DNA of 64,000 nucleotides from Balamuthia mandrillaris (lineage: Eukaryota): NCBI GenBank assembly GCA_031835245.2, contig JAVKOQ020000003.1:62001-126000 (forward strand). The letters are read 5' to 3'. The notes under the pieces were generated by a model that saw nothing but the letters and a program-made list of their open reading frames with translations, did no database searches and was not told the DNA's origin. The position numbers and the translations under genes were made by a program. Shown here in pieces: positions 51,669-63,065 of the stretch (positions within the stretch are counted from its first letter, which is position 1; each line of letters begins with the position of its first letter).

Positions 51669-52537
51669 TTCTTCTGCAGCACCGAGCAAAGGTTGCTTAA
51701 AAAGGTGTTGGGGAGTGATGCTAACACGCCAGAAGAGGTCCTCCAGCTCATGGACGACTTTGGGTGGCATCAAAAGTGGGTCATGTGCGTGGGGGACCTC
51801 AAAGGCAAGTTCCTGGACCAAGTCATCGAGGAGCACCGCCCAAAGAGCGTTTTGGAGATTGGCTGTTACTTGGGCTACTCTGCCATAAGAATGGCTCGTC
51901 TGCTGCCTGAGGATGGCAAAGTCACTTCCGTTGAATTATCAGCAGAGTATGTCTTTCTTCTTCATCTACCTCTCTCTCATTGTTTCTCTTGCTCTTTCGT
52001 TTGTCCTTCTATTTTCTCCTTGAAAGTTTCTCTTTCTCGTTATCGCTTCTCTCGCTCTCTCGCTCTCTCTCTCGCTCTCTCTCTCTCTCGCTCTCTCTCT
52101 CGCTCTCTCTCTCTTCTGTTTATGCCTGCATTCTCCTTCTTCGACAAGCACACTCACACACGGTACACACAAGGTATGCAGACATTGCGCGACAGATTAT
52201 CAACAAAGCGGGTCTTCAAAACAAGGTCGATATCAAGGTCGGAGCAGCTTCACAAGTGATACCCTTTCTCCCCGCTCCTTTTGACATGGTCTACATCGAC
52301 CACGACAAAGACTACTATCACTCCGACTTGCTGGTGGCAGAAACAAAGATGAGAAAAGGAACCGTGGTGGTTGCTGACAACGTGGTCATCTTTGGAAACA
52401 ATCCTTCCATCGTCAGGTACTTGCAAAGAGTGAGAGACTCCAACGTTTACTCATCAAGCGTGCTTCGCAAGAGCACCGTGGAGTATTCCAAGACGGAAGA
52501 AGATGGAGTGGAGATCAGCATTTTCAGAGGTAAATGA
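51538..52537 (+). CDS. COMT: Catechol O-methyltransferase-like protein, 3 exons
   Basis: MCVGDLKGKFLD, PKSVLEIGCYLGYSAIRMA, FDMVYIDHDKDYY, GTVVVADNV, EDGVEIS. Confidence 0.9.
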
Positions 52538-52616
52538 AACTCAATAATAAACAACAATTCGCTTCTCCTCGACAAGAGCTGATAGGAAAGATACCGTACT
52601 ATCTGTTAGTTTTCTT

Positions 52617-52976
52617 CTATTCAAAGTTAACAGCGCCAGTGGAACAATCGATGGAGTTAAGCTTCTCTCTGCGAGAGCGCAAAACTCTAACGACAAGAGC
52701 CCCCAAGATAAATACCACCACAAAAGCAACAGTAAGTGGAACGACAACAACGACAGGAATGAGCCATTCGTCGCCATCTTCGTCTTTCTCTGCCCTTTCG
52801 TCTTCGTCTTCTCCACTGAACAAAACTGTAAAGTCTGTTTGCGATGTTTTTTTCGAGTTAGAACGAGAAGCAAAGAGAAAGAAGAAGAGCTTACCAGGAT
52901 CGTACAGAACGGACTTTGCAGCAGGGACAGTTCCAACGAATGAAAAGGTACGGTTGGACAGGAGCAGCACTTGCAA
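52617..52976 (-). pseudogene. Orphan 3' fragment of a single-pass surface protein gene
   Basis: Splices to ...SVLYDP|DFTVLF, acidic spacer, TM (WLIPVVVVVPLTVAFVVVFILGALVV), basic tail, stop. No ATG or signal peptide; only ~100 bp separate it from the upstream gene's stop. Confidence 0.45.
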
Positions 52977-53079
52977 GTAATCGATGATTGGACGAAATTA
53001 TCATAGTATTAATTGAATAAGAAATAAATTAAACGGTAATTTAAAACAGGGCGCGAGGCTAATTTCTCTCTTTTTGCTC

Positions 53080-55379
53080 TTAGAGGCGAAAAGCTTTTTT
53101 GATGAGTAAAGCGATGTTTCTGCCAGCAATAACTGAACATTCCATTGCCCTAGTTTTGTGGTTTGTGAAGAGAATGAGCAGAAGAAGAAGAAGAAGAAGA
53201 AGAAGAAGAAGAAGAAGAAGAAGAAGAAGAAGAAGAAGAAGAAGAAGAAGAAGAAGAAGAAGAAGAACAAGAAGAACAAGAAGAAGAACAAGAAGAAAAA
53301 ACTTACGTTGCAACAGACTCCATTGCGTTCAGGTAGAACAAGTTGTCGTGAAGAACGATCGGTTGGTAGTCATCATCATTCATGGCTTTATAAACTGGAA
53401 AAGTGTAATTCCTGTTTTTGGGTGCAATGAAATAGTCAAACGAGAGAACAACACAAGAGAAAGATCAGGAGCATTTCAACAAACCAATGCTGCACGACAT
53501 GATTTGTGACGTTGACAAAGATAGAGTTAAGGCGATCACTCACATCCTCGTTCGAAAATATCTATATTTACAAGAAAAAGTAAGCAGAAGAGTGAAAGGA
53601 TTAAAAAGAAGAAAAGGAAACGACCTTGTATATCTTTGTGGTGGGATCTGGTTGAGCTTGAATGGAAACGACCACAAATGGTGCTGTGCTATTCCCTGTT
53701 TGTGTGTTTTTTTGGTAAGAAAAGAACGAAACATGAAAAAAAGAAAAACAAAGAAAAGAAAGAAAGAGAAAGTACCAGTTGTTAAGATGCTATCGGGAAC
53801 CTGTTCAGTTTTGGCCTTTCCGAAATAAGTTGCGTTGAGACCGGAACTTTGAACCATCGTCACAAACCTATGTAAATTTGTTAAACAGTAAGTGGGATCC
53901 TATTTAAATATAGATACATGAAAATGAAGAAAGGGAGCAAACAAACCAATGAACATAAGGACGAGGTTTAATGTTAGGCAGCTTAAACTTGTTCCATCGA
54001 ATACCGCTAAACTCGAAAGGAGCTGCCAAGATAACAACATCAAACATTTGCGAGTCGAGTTCGATCTTTTTGGTGTCGTTTTGGTTTTTGGCGTACGTGA
54101 CAAGATAGCTGGTTGGATTGTTCTTGTTGTTTGCTTTGCTCACATCCATCACTTTCGTGTTTAGCATCACGCGTGCTGTAGTGAAAAACAAAGTATTAGG
54201 AAGAAGAGGGAAAAGGAAGGGAGCATGAGACGGGAATCTGAATAAAACAAAAAGGAAGAAACGAACCTTTAGAAGCATTAACAAGAGTTTGAACAAACAC
54301 ATCGTTGCCGCCCTCTGTGCTGAAAGACTCAGTTGTGCCAGCAAGAAGCGAAGTCCACCCAGCAAATGCTAAAATATAAACGAGAAGAACATGAACAATC
54401 AGAAGGACAACAATAAGAAACAGACATCGCACGTACCAGTCAGGTTCAAGTTCTGGTCGTAGATAACGCGAGTGACCGGCAGGACGTCCTGCCACAGGAA
54501 CCGATCGCTCACCCAGTAATGCGCCTTGGCGTAGTCGTAGGCGGTGACGGAGGTGAAGCCGTTCAATCCGCCGGCGGAGAGGAATTCTCCGATCGATCCA
54601 AACGCCACGTCATCTCCTCTATGATCGTAGTTGCTACGCAACGCCCATTTGAAACTTTCCAAAATAAGATACATGGAACCCTCGGAGATGTAGTCCCTAT
54701 GAGGTTGGAGCCAGCGGCCATTTCCCTCGAAGAAACCTAATAGGCCGTTCCCCCCGGTGGAGGACTCGTCCAAGGGCACTTTGAGTTCCTTCTGCAGGGA
54801 GACCATGTAGGCGTTCACGTCGGACCAGGCGTCCCCTCCGAGGTTCAGCGGGATGGCTTGCTTGCCGCCGGCGGTGAAGAGGGTGTGCTTTAGCCGCCCG
54901 CCGATGTAGTCGTTCTGCTCGAAGAGCGTGAGGGAGGCGTCGGGAAGCCATTTGTGGAGGTAGTAGGCCGTGGAGCCACCCCCTATGCCTCCCCCTTTGC
55001 GTTTGAAACAAAGAAGAAAAAAAGTTAGAGGAAAGAAGCAGAAGGGTGTGTTTTTGGATTGGGGGGGAAAAAAGGGGTGAGAGAGAAACCAATGATGGCG
55101 ATCTTTGGAGAGTTATTGCTGGCCTGAAGGAAAGTGGTTAGAGAAAGAGTTTGGAAGGACAAAGAGAGTTTGCGTGAAGTGAGGAGAGAGAGACAGAGAC
55201 AGCGAGAAGACGCAGACGCAGTGAAGGATGCCAAGAGTGAGGAGGAGAGAGAGAGAGAGCGAAAAAGAGCGCACCGCTGAGACTGCCACATAATGCCAGG
55301 AGATGGTGCAAAACATAGCAACGGCCCACAACCCCATGGAGAGGTGCTGCTCTCTCCGCCTCGTGATGCCCGTCATCAT
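53080..55379 (-). CDS. PCYOX1: Prenylcysteine oxidase/lyase (PCYOX1-like flavoprotein), ~10 exons
   Basis: Signal peptide; KIAIIG|GGIGGGSTAYYL, FEQNDYIGGRL, TRVIYDQ, FDVVILAAPF, KIYK|IFS, LFYLNAMESVAT|AMECSVIAGRNIALL-. Confidence 0.85.
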
Positions 55380-55555
55380 TACTGCTCGTTCCTTCTTGTG
55401 TTTCTTTTTTTTGCTCTATTTTTTCTTTGAGGTATAATAATATATGGTCGAGAAACGATACGGAACATGTTTTAGAGCAGAAATGTCTAAAAAACACCTC
55501 TGTGCCCGCGTCAAAAATTTCCTACTCCAATGCTCAATAGCATCCATGCGTGACG

Positions 55556-57040
55556 CTATTTCCATGCGTTGGTGGCTTCGTCCCAATACCCGTTGCGGAT
55601 GGCCCACTGGCAGGAATACTCGTCCCAAGGGCAACCCTGCTCTCTTGCCCACCTTAGTACTGCTACGTGCTGTCCGTCCACCGCGTTTCTGCACGTCCGC
55701 TCATCCCATGGACATCCGTTCTGGCGAGCCCATTGCAAGACCCGCAGATGGCCGTTCTCAGCGGCGTCGCTGCAAGTCGTGCTGTCCCAAGGACAGCCAT
55801 GTTCTCTTGCCCACTGCAGCACTTCCAAGTTGTCACTCCAGGCAGCTTCACTGCAAGTGAGTTGGTTCCAAGGACAGCCGTTCTCTCTGGCCCACTTCAA
55901 GACATCTAAATGCCCGTACAGTGCAGCAGAAGCACATGTGCGTTCGTCCCAAGGGCAGCCGTTTGCTCTCGCCCACTTCAATATCTCCAAGTGACCCCAA
56001 CATCCTGCCTCCATGCAAGTATCCTCGTTCCAAGGACAGCCATTTTCTCTTGCCCACTGCAGTGCACGTAGCTGTCCGTTGCCTGCTGCCCTGCTGCAAG
56101 TATCTGGACCCCACGGGCAACCATTCTTGTGAGCCCACTTCAGCACTTCCATGTGGCCATATTCAGCAGCTGCATCACAAGTTCTCTCATCCCACGGGCA
56201 GCCTTGTTCTCGCATCCATTGAAGGGCCTCCAACTGTCCTGCTGCAGCTGTGTATTGGCATGTGGACGCGCACCAAGGGCAGCCATTCGCTCTCGCCCAC
56301 TTCAATATCTCCAAGTGACCGCAACGCGCTGCCTCGAGGCAAGTCCAGCCATCCCAGGGACAACCATGCTTCCTCAGCCACTTCAGCATGGCCAGATGCC
56401 CCGCTTTTGCTGCTCCCTTGCATGCCCAGATGCCTCCACCCCAGGAACAGCCGTGTTTTCTCGCCCATTTCACCACTTCGAAATGGCCGTTCTCCGCTGC
56501 GTTGCTGATAACGTCTTCTTCATGCCAATCACAACCGTTCTCACGAGCCCATTGCAGCACCTCCACGTGGCCGCCGTAGGCGGCATAGACGCAGGTGTAA
56601 AGGTCCCAAGGGCATCCATTCTCTCTCGCCCATTTCAGAACTTCCAAACGCCCGTTGGCTGCTGCCTGGTTGCATGTGTTGTGGTCCCAAGGACATCCTT
56701 GTGCTCTGGCCCACTGTAGCACCGCCATCTGACCTTCGCCAGCGGCAAAAGCACAAGCCCGTTCGTCCAAAACGTATCCTTGGCTCTCCATGGCCCACCG
56801 AAGCAAGGCCAAGGTGCTGCACACCCTCTGCCCCCACAGTTGGCGTCGCGGGCCAGGTTCGCAGCACGCGAACCACCAGCGGCACGTTCTGGAGGCCACC
56901 GCCACCATGTCCTCCGGCAGAAAACCCAGCACAAGGGTAACGAGCTCCGGCGGCAGCGTCTCTTCCGTCCAGCAAAAGCCCGTGCCGTCATGCCGGGAGT
57001 GGGGCTCCTGGGTTTGTCGCTCCTCTGTGTTCCTGCTCAT
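55556..57040 (-). CDS. Intronless F-box-like + 'GCPW' ankyrin-repeat protein
   Basis: LPPELVTLVLGFL...ASRTCRWW (F-box-like), then ~15 repeats of GHLEVLKWARENGCPWDERTC. Start at 57040 or 57094. Confidence 0.9.
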   Translation of the reverse strand: MSRNTEERQTQEPHSRHDGTGFCWTEETLPPELVTLVLGFLPEDMVAVASRTCRWWFACCEPGPRRQLWGQRVCSTLALLRWAMESQGYVLDERACAFAAGEGQMAVLQWARAQGCPWDHNTCNQAAANGRLEVLKWARENGCPWDLYTCVYAAYGGHVEVLQWARENGCDWHEEDVISNAAENGHFEVVKWARKHGCSWGGGIWACKGAAKAGHLAMLKWLRKHGCPWDGWTCLEAARCGHLEILKWARANGCPWCASTCQYTAAAGQLEALQWMREQGCPWDERTCDAAAEYGHMEVLKWAHKNGCPWGPDTCSRAAGNGQLRALQWARENGCPWNEDTCMEAGCWGHLEILKWARANGCPWDERTCASAALYGHLDVLKWARENGCPWNQLTCSEAAWSDNLEVLQWAREHGCPWDSTTCSDAAENGHLRVLQWARQNGCPWDERTCRNAVDGQHVAVLRWAREQGCPWDEYSCQWAIRNGYWDEATNAWK

Positions 57041-57118
57041 GGACTTGCTTCTTTTGTTTATTGGGCTTGAAGCTGCCAATAGCAATTCATACATGGATGT
57101 CCGCAGTTATTCACGATG

Positions 57119-57430
<312 letters not shown>

Positions 57431-57501
57431 CATCACTTCCAGTAGAACTAAGTGCAAGCGAAACAAAACTGTATTTTTTTTTCATCTACAATCGCTCATA
57501 T

Positions 57502-58509
57502 CTAACAACAAATGTTCTCCTTGTCTTGTAGGTAGTTGTTCCACGTACAGCGTATCGTGTTGGGATGTTTCACCATGTGAATGAAGATAGGCTCCGGCAC
57601 GTCTTTCGTGCAACCGGCCCACAAAAACCGCTTGTCATGTTTGATGTGGACCTCTTCGCCGTACTTGTTCTTCAAGTCGTGCATCCAGAACGCTGCGCCC
57701 ACGTCCTCCAGCTTGAACCGCGACAGCTGACCCGCTTCCAACCCTTTTGTGATGCGTTTGGCCAGGTCGTAGGAGAGGACGTAGCCTCCGCCTTGAAGGT
57801 AAGGAGGATAGTGAGACTGGCCGTATACTTCCGGCGCGATGTAGTGAGGGTGCGCAGGATCCCTGTCCACCGCTTGGTTCTGGATGACGTGCCCGGCAGC
57901 AAAGAGGAACCTGGACGGTTTGGCGGAAGCAGCAGCAACAGCGAATGGTTCCAGGAAAGCAGCCATGCGACTGGGAAAGACAAGCGTGTCATCATCGGTT
58001 TTCATGATGAACTGCGCCTGAGCGTGCTTCCAACCGTAGTGGAGGATGGCCTCCGTTTTCAAGTGGATTTTGTAGTAGTCTTCTTCTCCCTCCAAGACCA
58101 CAAAGTCGTTGCGTTCCTCAAACCGAACTGCGTGCTCCCCGTGTTGGTGCACTTCGTTGTCAGCAAGAATCGTGCTCGTCGAGTCGTTTGCTGGAGGAGA
58201 AAATACGAAGAACTTCACCACGACGACTCCGCTTTGGACGAGAGGACTGGACATATAGGTCTCTCGCAGTGCGACTCGTGTTTCGAGCTTATGGGCAGCG
58301 GTCACCACGCCCACGAAGAGGAGAGGCCTATTTTTAGCTTTGAGAGGCTCTTTCACTGGCGGCGCGGGAAGGGTGCTGTTTGGCTGCAGCCCCGTGCTGT
58401 TGGCGCCGTTGTTGCCGTCCCCGTCGTGGTGGCTGCGGGACAAGCTTGCGATCAGCAAGAAACAGGCCGCACAGAACCCTAACAGCACCAAGGCGGGGTG
58501 CTGCACCAT
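57502..58509 (-). CDS. GT31-family beta-1,3-galactosyltransferase-like type II membrane protein, single exon
   Basis: N-terminal TM; LLFVGVVTA...RVALRETY, EDYYKIHLKT, FIMKTDDD, YPPYLQGGGYVLS, LEDVGAAFW. Confidence 0.9.
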   Translation of the reverse strand: MVQHPALVLLGFCAACFLLIASLSRSHHDGDGNNGANSTGLQPNSTLPAPPVKEPLKAKNRPLLFVGVVTAAHKLETRVALRETYMSSPLVQSGVVVVKFFVFSPPANDSTSTILADNEVHQHGEHAVRFEERNDFVVLEGEEDYYKIHLKTEAILHYGWKHAQAQFIMKTDDDTLVFPSRMAAFLEPFAVAAASAKPSRFLFAAGHVIQNQAVDRDPAHPHYIAPEVYGQSHYPPYLQGGGYVLSYDLAKRITKGLEAGQLSRFKLEDVGAAFWMHDLKNKYGEEVHIKHDKRFLWAGCTKDVPEPIFIHMVKHPNTIRCTWNNYLQDKENICC

Positions 58510-58935
58510 CCTCGTTTCCCTCCACCGTCTCTTCCCCATCTCCTTTGCTTCCTTCCCAACCCAAGCTAAGAGTGTTTGTCGTGTAGGCTTTTGCACGTCT
58601 TCTCTTGAAGCAACACATGTGTGTGCTTGTGCTTGTGATGCGCCTTTGTTGGCATCGCTTTCAAAAAAGGGAATGATTCGTTGTGCCCTTTCGAGGGATT
58701 TCCGGCCTTCTTTAGGGAAGTCATTCATTTGGGGAAATTTCTTCCGAAAACAGAGGGCTCGTTTGAGGAGTTTTCGCATGGATTTCGTATTTTGTCGACA
58801 CACTGTGTCGACAGCATTCTTGTTGCGGTGTACCTCGGCAATCGCTCGCTCTCTTTATACTCTTTTTAGCTTATCTCTGCGAAGAAGAAGAAAGGAGGAG
58901 GCAAAGAGTGTTTGAAACCTGACTTCCTCTTTTAT

Positions 58936-60647
58936 TTATCGCCATGAAAGATCAATCGCCACAGACCTGTTGGGATCTTCCTTCCGCGGCAACTCGGCAA
59001 TGATTTCTCCTTCGGTACCCCTTACCCTCACCAGGTTGTGCTTACGCAGGAAATAGTGCCACATCCCCAAGTTTGGCGGCAAACCCATGTTGTCCTCCTT
59101 CGCAGTGACTCGAACCTCAGGACAAAGGGCCACTACACCACGCCCCAATATAGCTTTTGTCCTCAAGAAGAAGTCTTGTTGAGCTGCCTCACCTATTCTC
59201 GTGAAATGGAATGAGATCATGCGAGCACTACAAAATAAGAGAAGGGCTCCAACCTTGGTGCATGCGTTCATCCCAGTTAACCCGCATAACATTCTTGACC
59301 CGTCCCATGATAAACTCACCCGCTGTGTCCACTTTGTTGCAACGTCCCTCCTTCCATTGTTGCTTGGATCCCAAGACGGCGCCCAAGTTTTCGTGCGCGA
59401 TGAGCAGCTCTGCTGTGACCGGGCGGATCACAAATACTCCACCATTGTTTTGCCATTGTTCATGATGATGGGATTCATCCTCTGATTATGAACACGTGAG
59501 ACTGCGGGAAACAGAGCAGAGCGAGACGAGAGAGAAAGAGAACGAGACAGGACAAACCCGTTTCAACGGAACCAGCAACAATATCAACTGTTTCCGATGT
59601 TTCCAACACAGCCAGCATCAGTTCTATTGTTGTCGCCTCTGAACAAGAACGGTTGGTTATATACGGTCATATAAACGGTAGAACATCAGGGCGGAAACCT
59701 GTAAACACATAGTCATCATTGCAAACGAGAAAGTAAGGCGTGACAACCAACGAAAGCAATCTGTTGTGAGATGCAGTTCCTCCGAGGTCATGTTGCACGG
59801 GAATGATGGTAGTATGAAGATCGCTTCGCAAGGAGCGGTAGGCTTCTTCTTCGAATCGAGACCTCTGTAAGTCACCATAATCCACCACCTTCAGTATGTT
59901 TAATGTTTTTTGGTTCGTTAGCCAAGCGAAGACTACACCAACCAGCTAAAAAGGTGAAACGCAACACCATGAACGAAACTCCTTGCACGAACCGCCTTAC
60001 GGAGGAAAGCAGTCGGTGCACCAATGTGAATCTGCTGTGTGTGGAGACGATAACTGTAACCTTCTCAACCAACTGACTTTTGTATGCAATAGCTGGATCA
60101 GGGAGGTCCCTCGACAGCGTGTTGTGAAGCTGTTCGTTTGTGTCTCCCTGCTGTAATCCCTCCTCTTTGTCTTCTTCTGCCTCTCCTTCTTCGTATTGGT
60201 AGTCATCATCTTCCAACCCATGTTCGACCTCTTGATGTGATGTTCTCATTCTATCGAAGGCGGCTTCTCTCTCTTCTTGTGCATCGTCATCGTCATAATA
60301 GTTTTCGTGCTCTTGGATAGTGGTCTTCTTAGCTTCCTTTTGTTCTTCTAATTGCTTATGCTGTCGCAGTCGCTCCATCTCGTCCTTGTGCAGCTCCAGC
60401 ATCTCTGTATCTTCTCTCTGGCGATCCGCCTGTCGCTCCCGTTTCCTCCTTTGTATTTCCATTTCGTATTCGTCCACCTCTTCTTCGTATTTTTGTTCCT
60501 TTTCAGCTTTGTAGTCTTCTATCAGCTCAACCTATAGACGTTTGTTTTTGGAGTTATGTTAGCGATCTCACTGTAGCTCTGATGTCTCTCATTACGTGCG
60601 CTCTCTGTCTTCTCCTCTGGTCTCTCTTGCTCAGTTATTGTCCGGCG

Positions 60648-60682
<35 letters not shown>

Positions 60683-61682
60683 TTCACTTGTCTCTTTCCA
60701 TATTCTTGTCTCTCTCCGTTGCGTACCATCTTCTTTTTCTTCACTTGTGCCAGGTACTTGATGTCGTCGATCAGGTAGGCATCCGCCAACAAATCGTGCT
60801 CATTGCCATAGTCCGCTTCTTCGTCCTCCGCTTCACCTTTGCCACTCACTTTATACTTGAGTGTCAGCCTGGTCACCTCGTTGATAAGCCTGGTATCCTC
60901 CTCAGCAAAGACCTGATGCTCCTCCGTCTCGTCTTCGCCCAGTAACAGCTCGTAGAGAGTGAGGTCTTCTTCAGGAGAAAACTTTTGGTGCAGGTGGTAG
61001 AGACGACGAGCAGTCAGGAGCCTGGGCAGCGCCTCCTGGATGTCCTTCAAGGTCTCCCTTTGTTGAGCCTCCAACCTTTGTATTTTCTTATGGACAGGAG
61101 AACCTTCTATATATGTTTTCAGTGGATTAAGAATAAGAAACAAGATTACACAGAAAACAAAAAGATGTTACCGAAGTCTCGTTTTGTCTCCCATTGGGAA
61201 CGAAGCTGAAGCACCGTTTCGCCACGCTCCGAGAAGGCGTTCAGCATGCCCCACAAATCCTCTTCCATCTCGGCCATCTCCTTCTCGTCCATCATCGCCG
61301 CCAACAACCTCTCCAAGCGTGCCTCCCTCCCTGCCTCCATTTGCTTCTGCCTCGTGAGATGCTGCTCGATGAACCGCTGCTCTGCCAGCTCTTTGTCCAT
61401 AAAGACTAGCGGCTTGCCCTCGTACAGGTTCTTGGCGATGAGAGTGCCGCTGCCTCGGTAGGTCTTGGGACCCTTGACCACGCCTCTGGGATTGCCCTCG
61501 CTGCCCCAAAGCAAGCGGATCCCGTTCAGCAGGAGCAGAGCCAGGGCCAGCCAGAAGACAAGAACGAGGAGTTTTCTGCGGAGGGCGATGTCTTGAGGGC
61601 GGGTGCTAGCGTAGACAAGGTAAAGCGCCAGACCCACCGCAACGAGGCTTAGCCCAGCGAAGGAGAACAAAAAGCCAACCAT
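58936..61682 (-). CDS. B4GALNT1/2-like (GT-A fold) glycosyltransferase with long coiled-coil stem
   Basis: Two N-terminal TM segments. Spliced VTVIVSTHSRFTLVHRLLSSVRRFVQGVSFM|VVDYG, HNRLLSLVVTPYFLVCNDDYVFT|EATTIELMLAVLE..DIVAGSV, CNKVDTAGEFIMGR..VNWDER, QQDFFL..VALCPEVRV. Confidence 0.7.
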
Positions 61683-62057
61683 TTCTTTGCTTGTTTCCGC
61701 CTTTGTTATTTTTTTTTGTTGTAACAGTTTGTTGAAACGACGTTTTCCTTATGAAGGCAAAATGTCGACTTAGAAGCAGACAGAGAGCTTCACAAAGATA
61801 ACCAAGGCCTTGCGAACTTGCGGTTTCTGCTGGCTCGGCGGCTCTACCTCCTTGTGTACCAAAAGGCGACGGTGGTGAACTCAAAGTGGACACCCTCTGG
61901 AGTGACAATAACACACTCTGGTCTTTTCAAGAACTAGAAACAGAAGTGGGAGAGGAGAGGATGGAGAGAGTCTCTTCTCGGTATTTTGTTTGTACATGTC
62001 CTTGCCCTTCTTTTCCTTCTCCTTCTCCATCTCATTTTTTATCGTTCTCCATTCTTG

Positions 62058-62220
62058 TCATTTTCCTGATCCTCCGGCCTCCTCGCCTAAAGCTGTTTGT
62101 AGCGCAGTTGTCTTCCCTACACCTTTTGGTCCAGTCACCACCAAGCATTGCGGGGCCATCATTGCTGACAAGTCCGTTTTGATTCTATCAACAGCTTGCG
62201 AACGAATCGACCAAGCTATA
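62058..62220 (-). pseudogene. P-loop NTPase gene fragment
   Basis: RSQAVDRIK...CLVVTGPKGVGKTTALQTAL (Walker A after a beta strand), ending soon after; no Walker B seen. Confidence 0.45.
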
Positions 62221-62270
62221 AGACGACAGACAAACGCGGAATGGAAGGCGGGGGAGAAGGCCTGCGAGTG

Positions 62271-62342
62271 GAGCAGTGGTTCATAGAGCAGCATCTCACG
62301 AGACCGAAGCAAAAGGAGGCAGGGAGAGAGACGCAATTGGAG
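62271..62342 (+). repeat. Inverted partial copy of exon sequence 61311-61382
   Basis: 72-bp ungapped match to the reverse complement, about 10 mismatches by hand count (EQRFIEQHLTRQKQMEAGRE versus EQWFIEQHLTRPKQKEAGRE). Confidence 0.85.
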
Positions 62343-63065
62343 GCTTTTCGTTGCCAGTTGCCTAACCTGTCAAGCGGTATCGATGCCCTCGTGGAAGCAT
62401 CTCAACATTGTGTTGTCGACCAGAACGTCCTTTCGGCAAAGCACGATGCGTACACGTATCTTACTTGAAGCCCGATGGAGTAGACCAAACCAAGCTCACA
62501 TGTCACGCTATTCCCTTGTCTCTGTGGTACGATCAATGCTTAGATCAGGAATGATGCCAAAGTTTCAAACCACCAATTGAAAATCAAAAGAAAATGATAC
62601 GATCTTTGATTTTTTTAAAGAAAGTTTCAAAGCACCAATCAAAAATCAAATGATAGAGGAGCGATCTATGTTTATTATGGCTGATGGTGAACCAGTTTGA
62701 AGCCGTGAAATTCATAGAACGTAGAGAGAAAGGAAGCGGCGCGTTTTCAGACCCATGCGTCAAAACGGGGCGGGGCCTGGGCTGCTCTTTCTCCAGAGAA
62801 CGTATTGGCCTGGAGGAGGCGAAGGAGGCAGCCCCCCCCCCCCAAGCATTCCGTCGCTGAATCAGACCCGGAATCCCCACCCAAGAAGACAAACAAGAGG
62901 GAAACGCGCGTAGGCGTATCCTAAAAGCCTTCCACTTCGAAGTGGAAGCATAAGAAGAAAACCTCACCCGCCCACAACCACAACAAGTAAGTTGCTGAGT
63001 TTTGTTTTTCGGTTTGGAGTATTCGTTATTGTAAACAAAGAAGCTGCCTCTGAAGTCCATAGGGC

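Noticed and set aside
59667..59700. Apparent premature stop in the B4GALNT-like gene
   Set aside because: Lies within a short GT-AG intron; splicing restores YVFT|EATTIE.
62346..62372. FVASCLTCQ, reminiscent of the LTR-retrotransposon integrase zinc-finger CxxC
   Set aside because: No HHCC histidines, DDE core, RT or LTRs nearby; too short to support.
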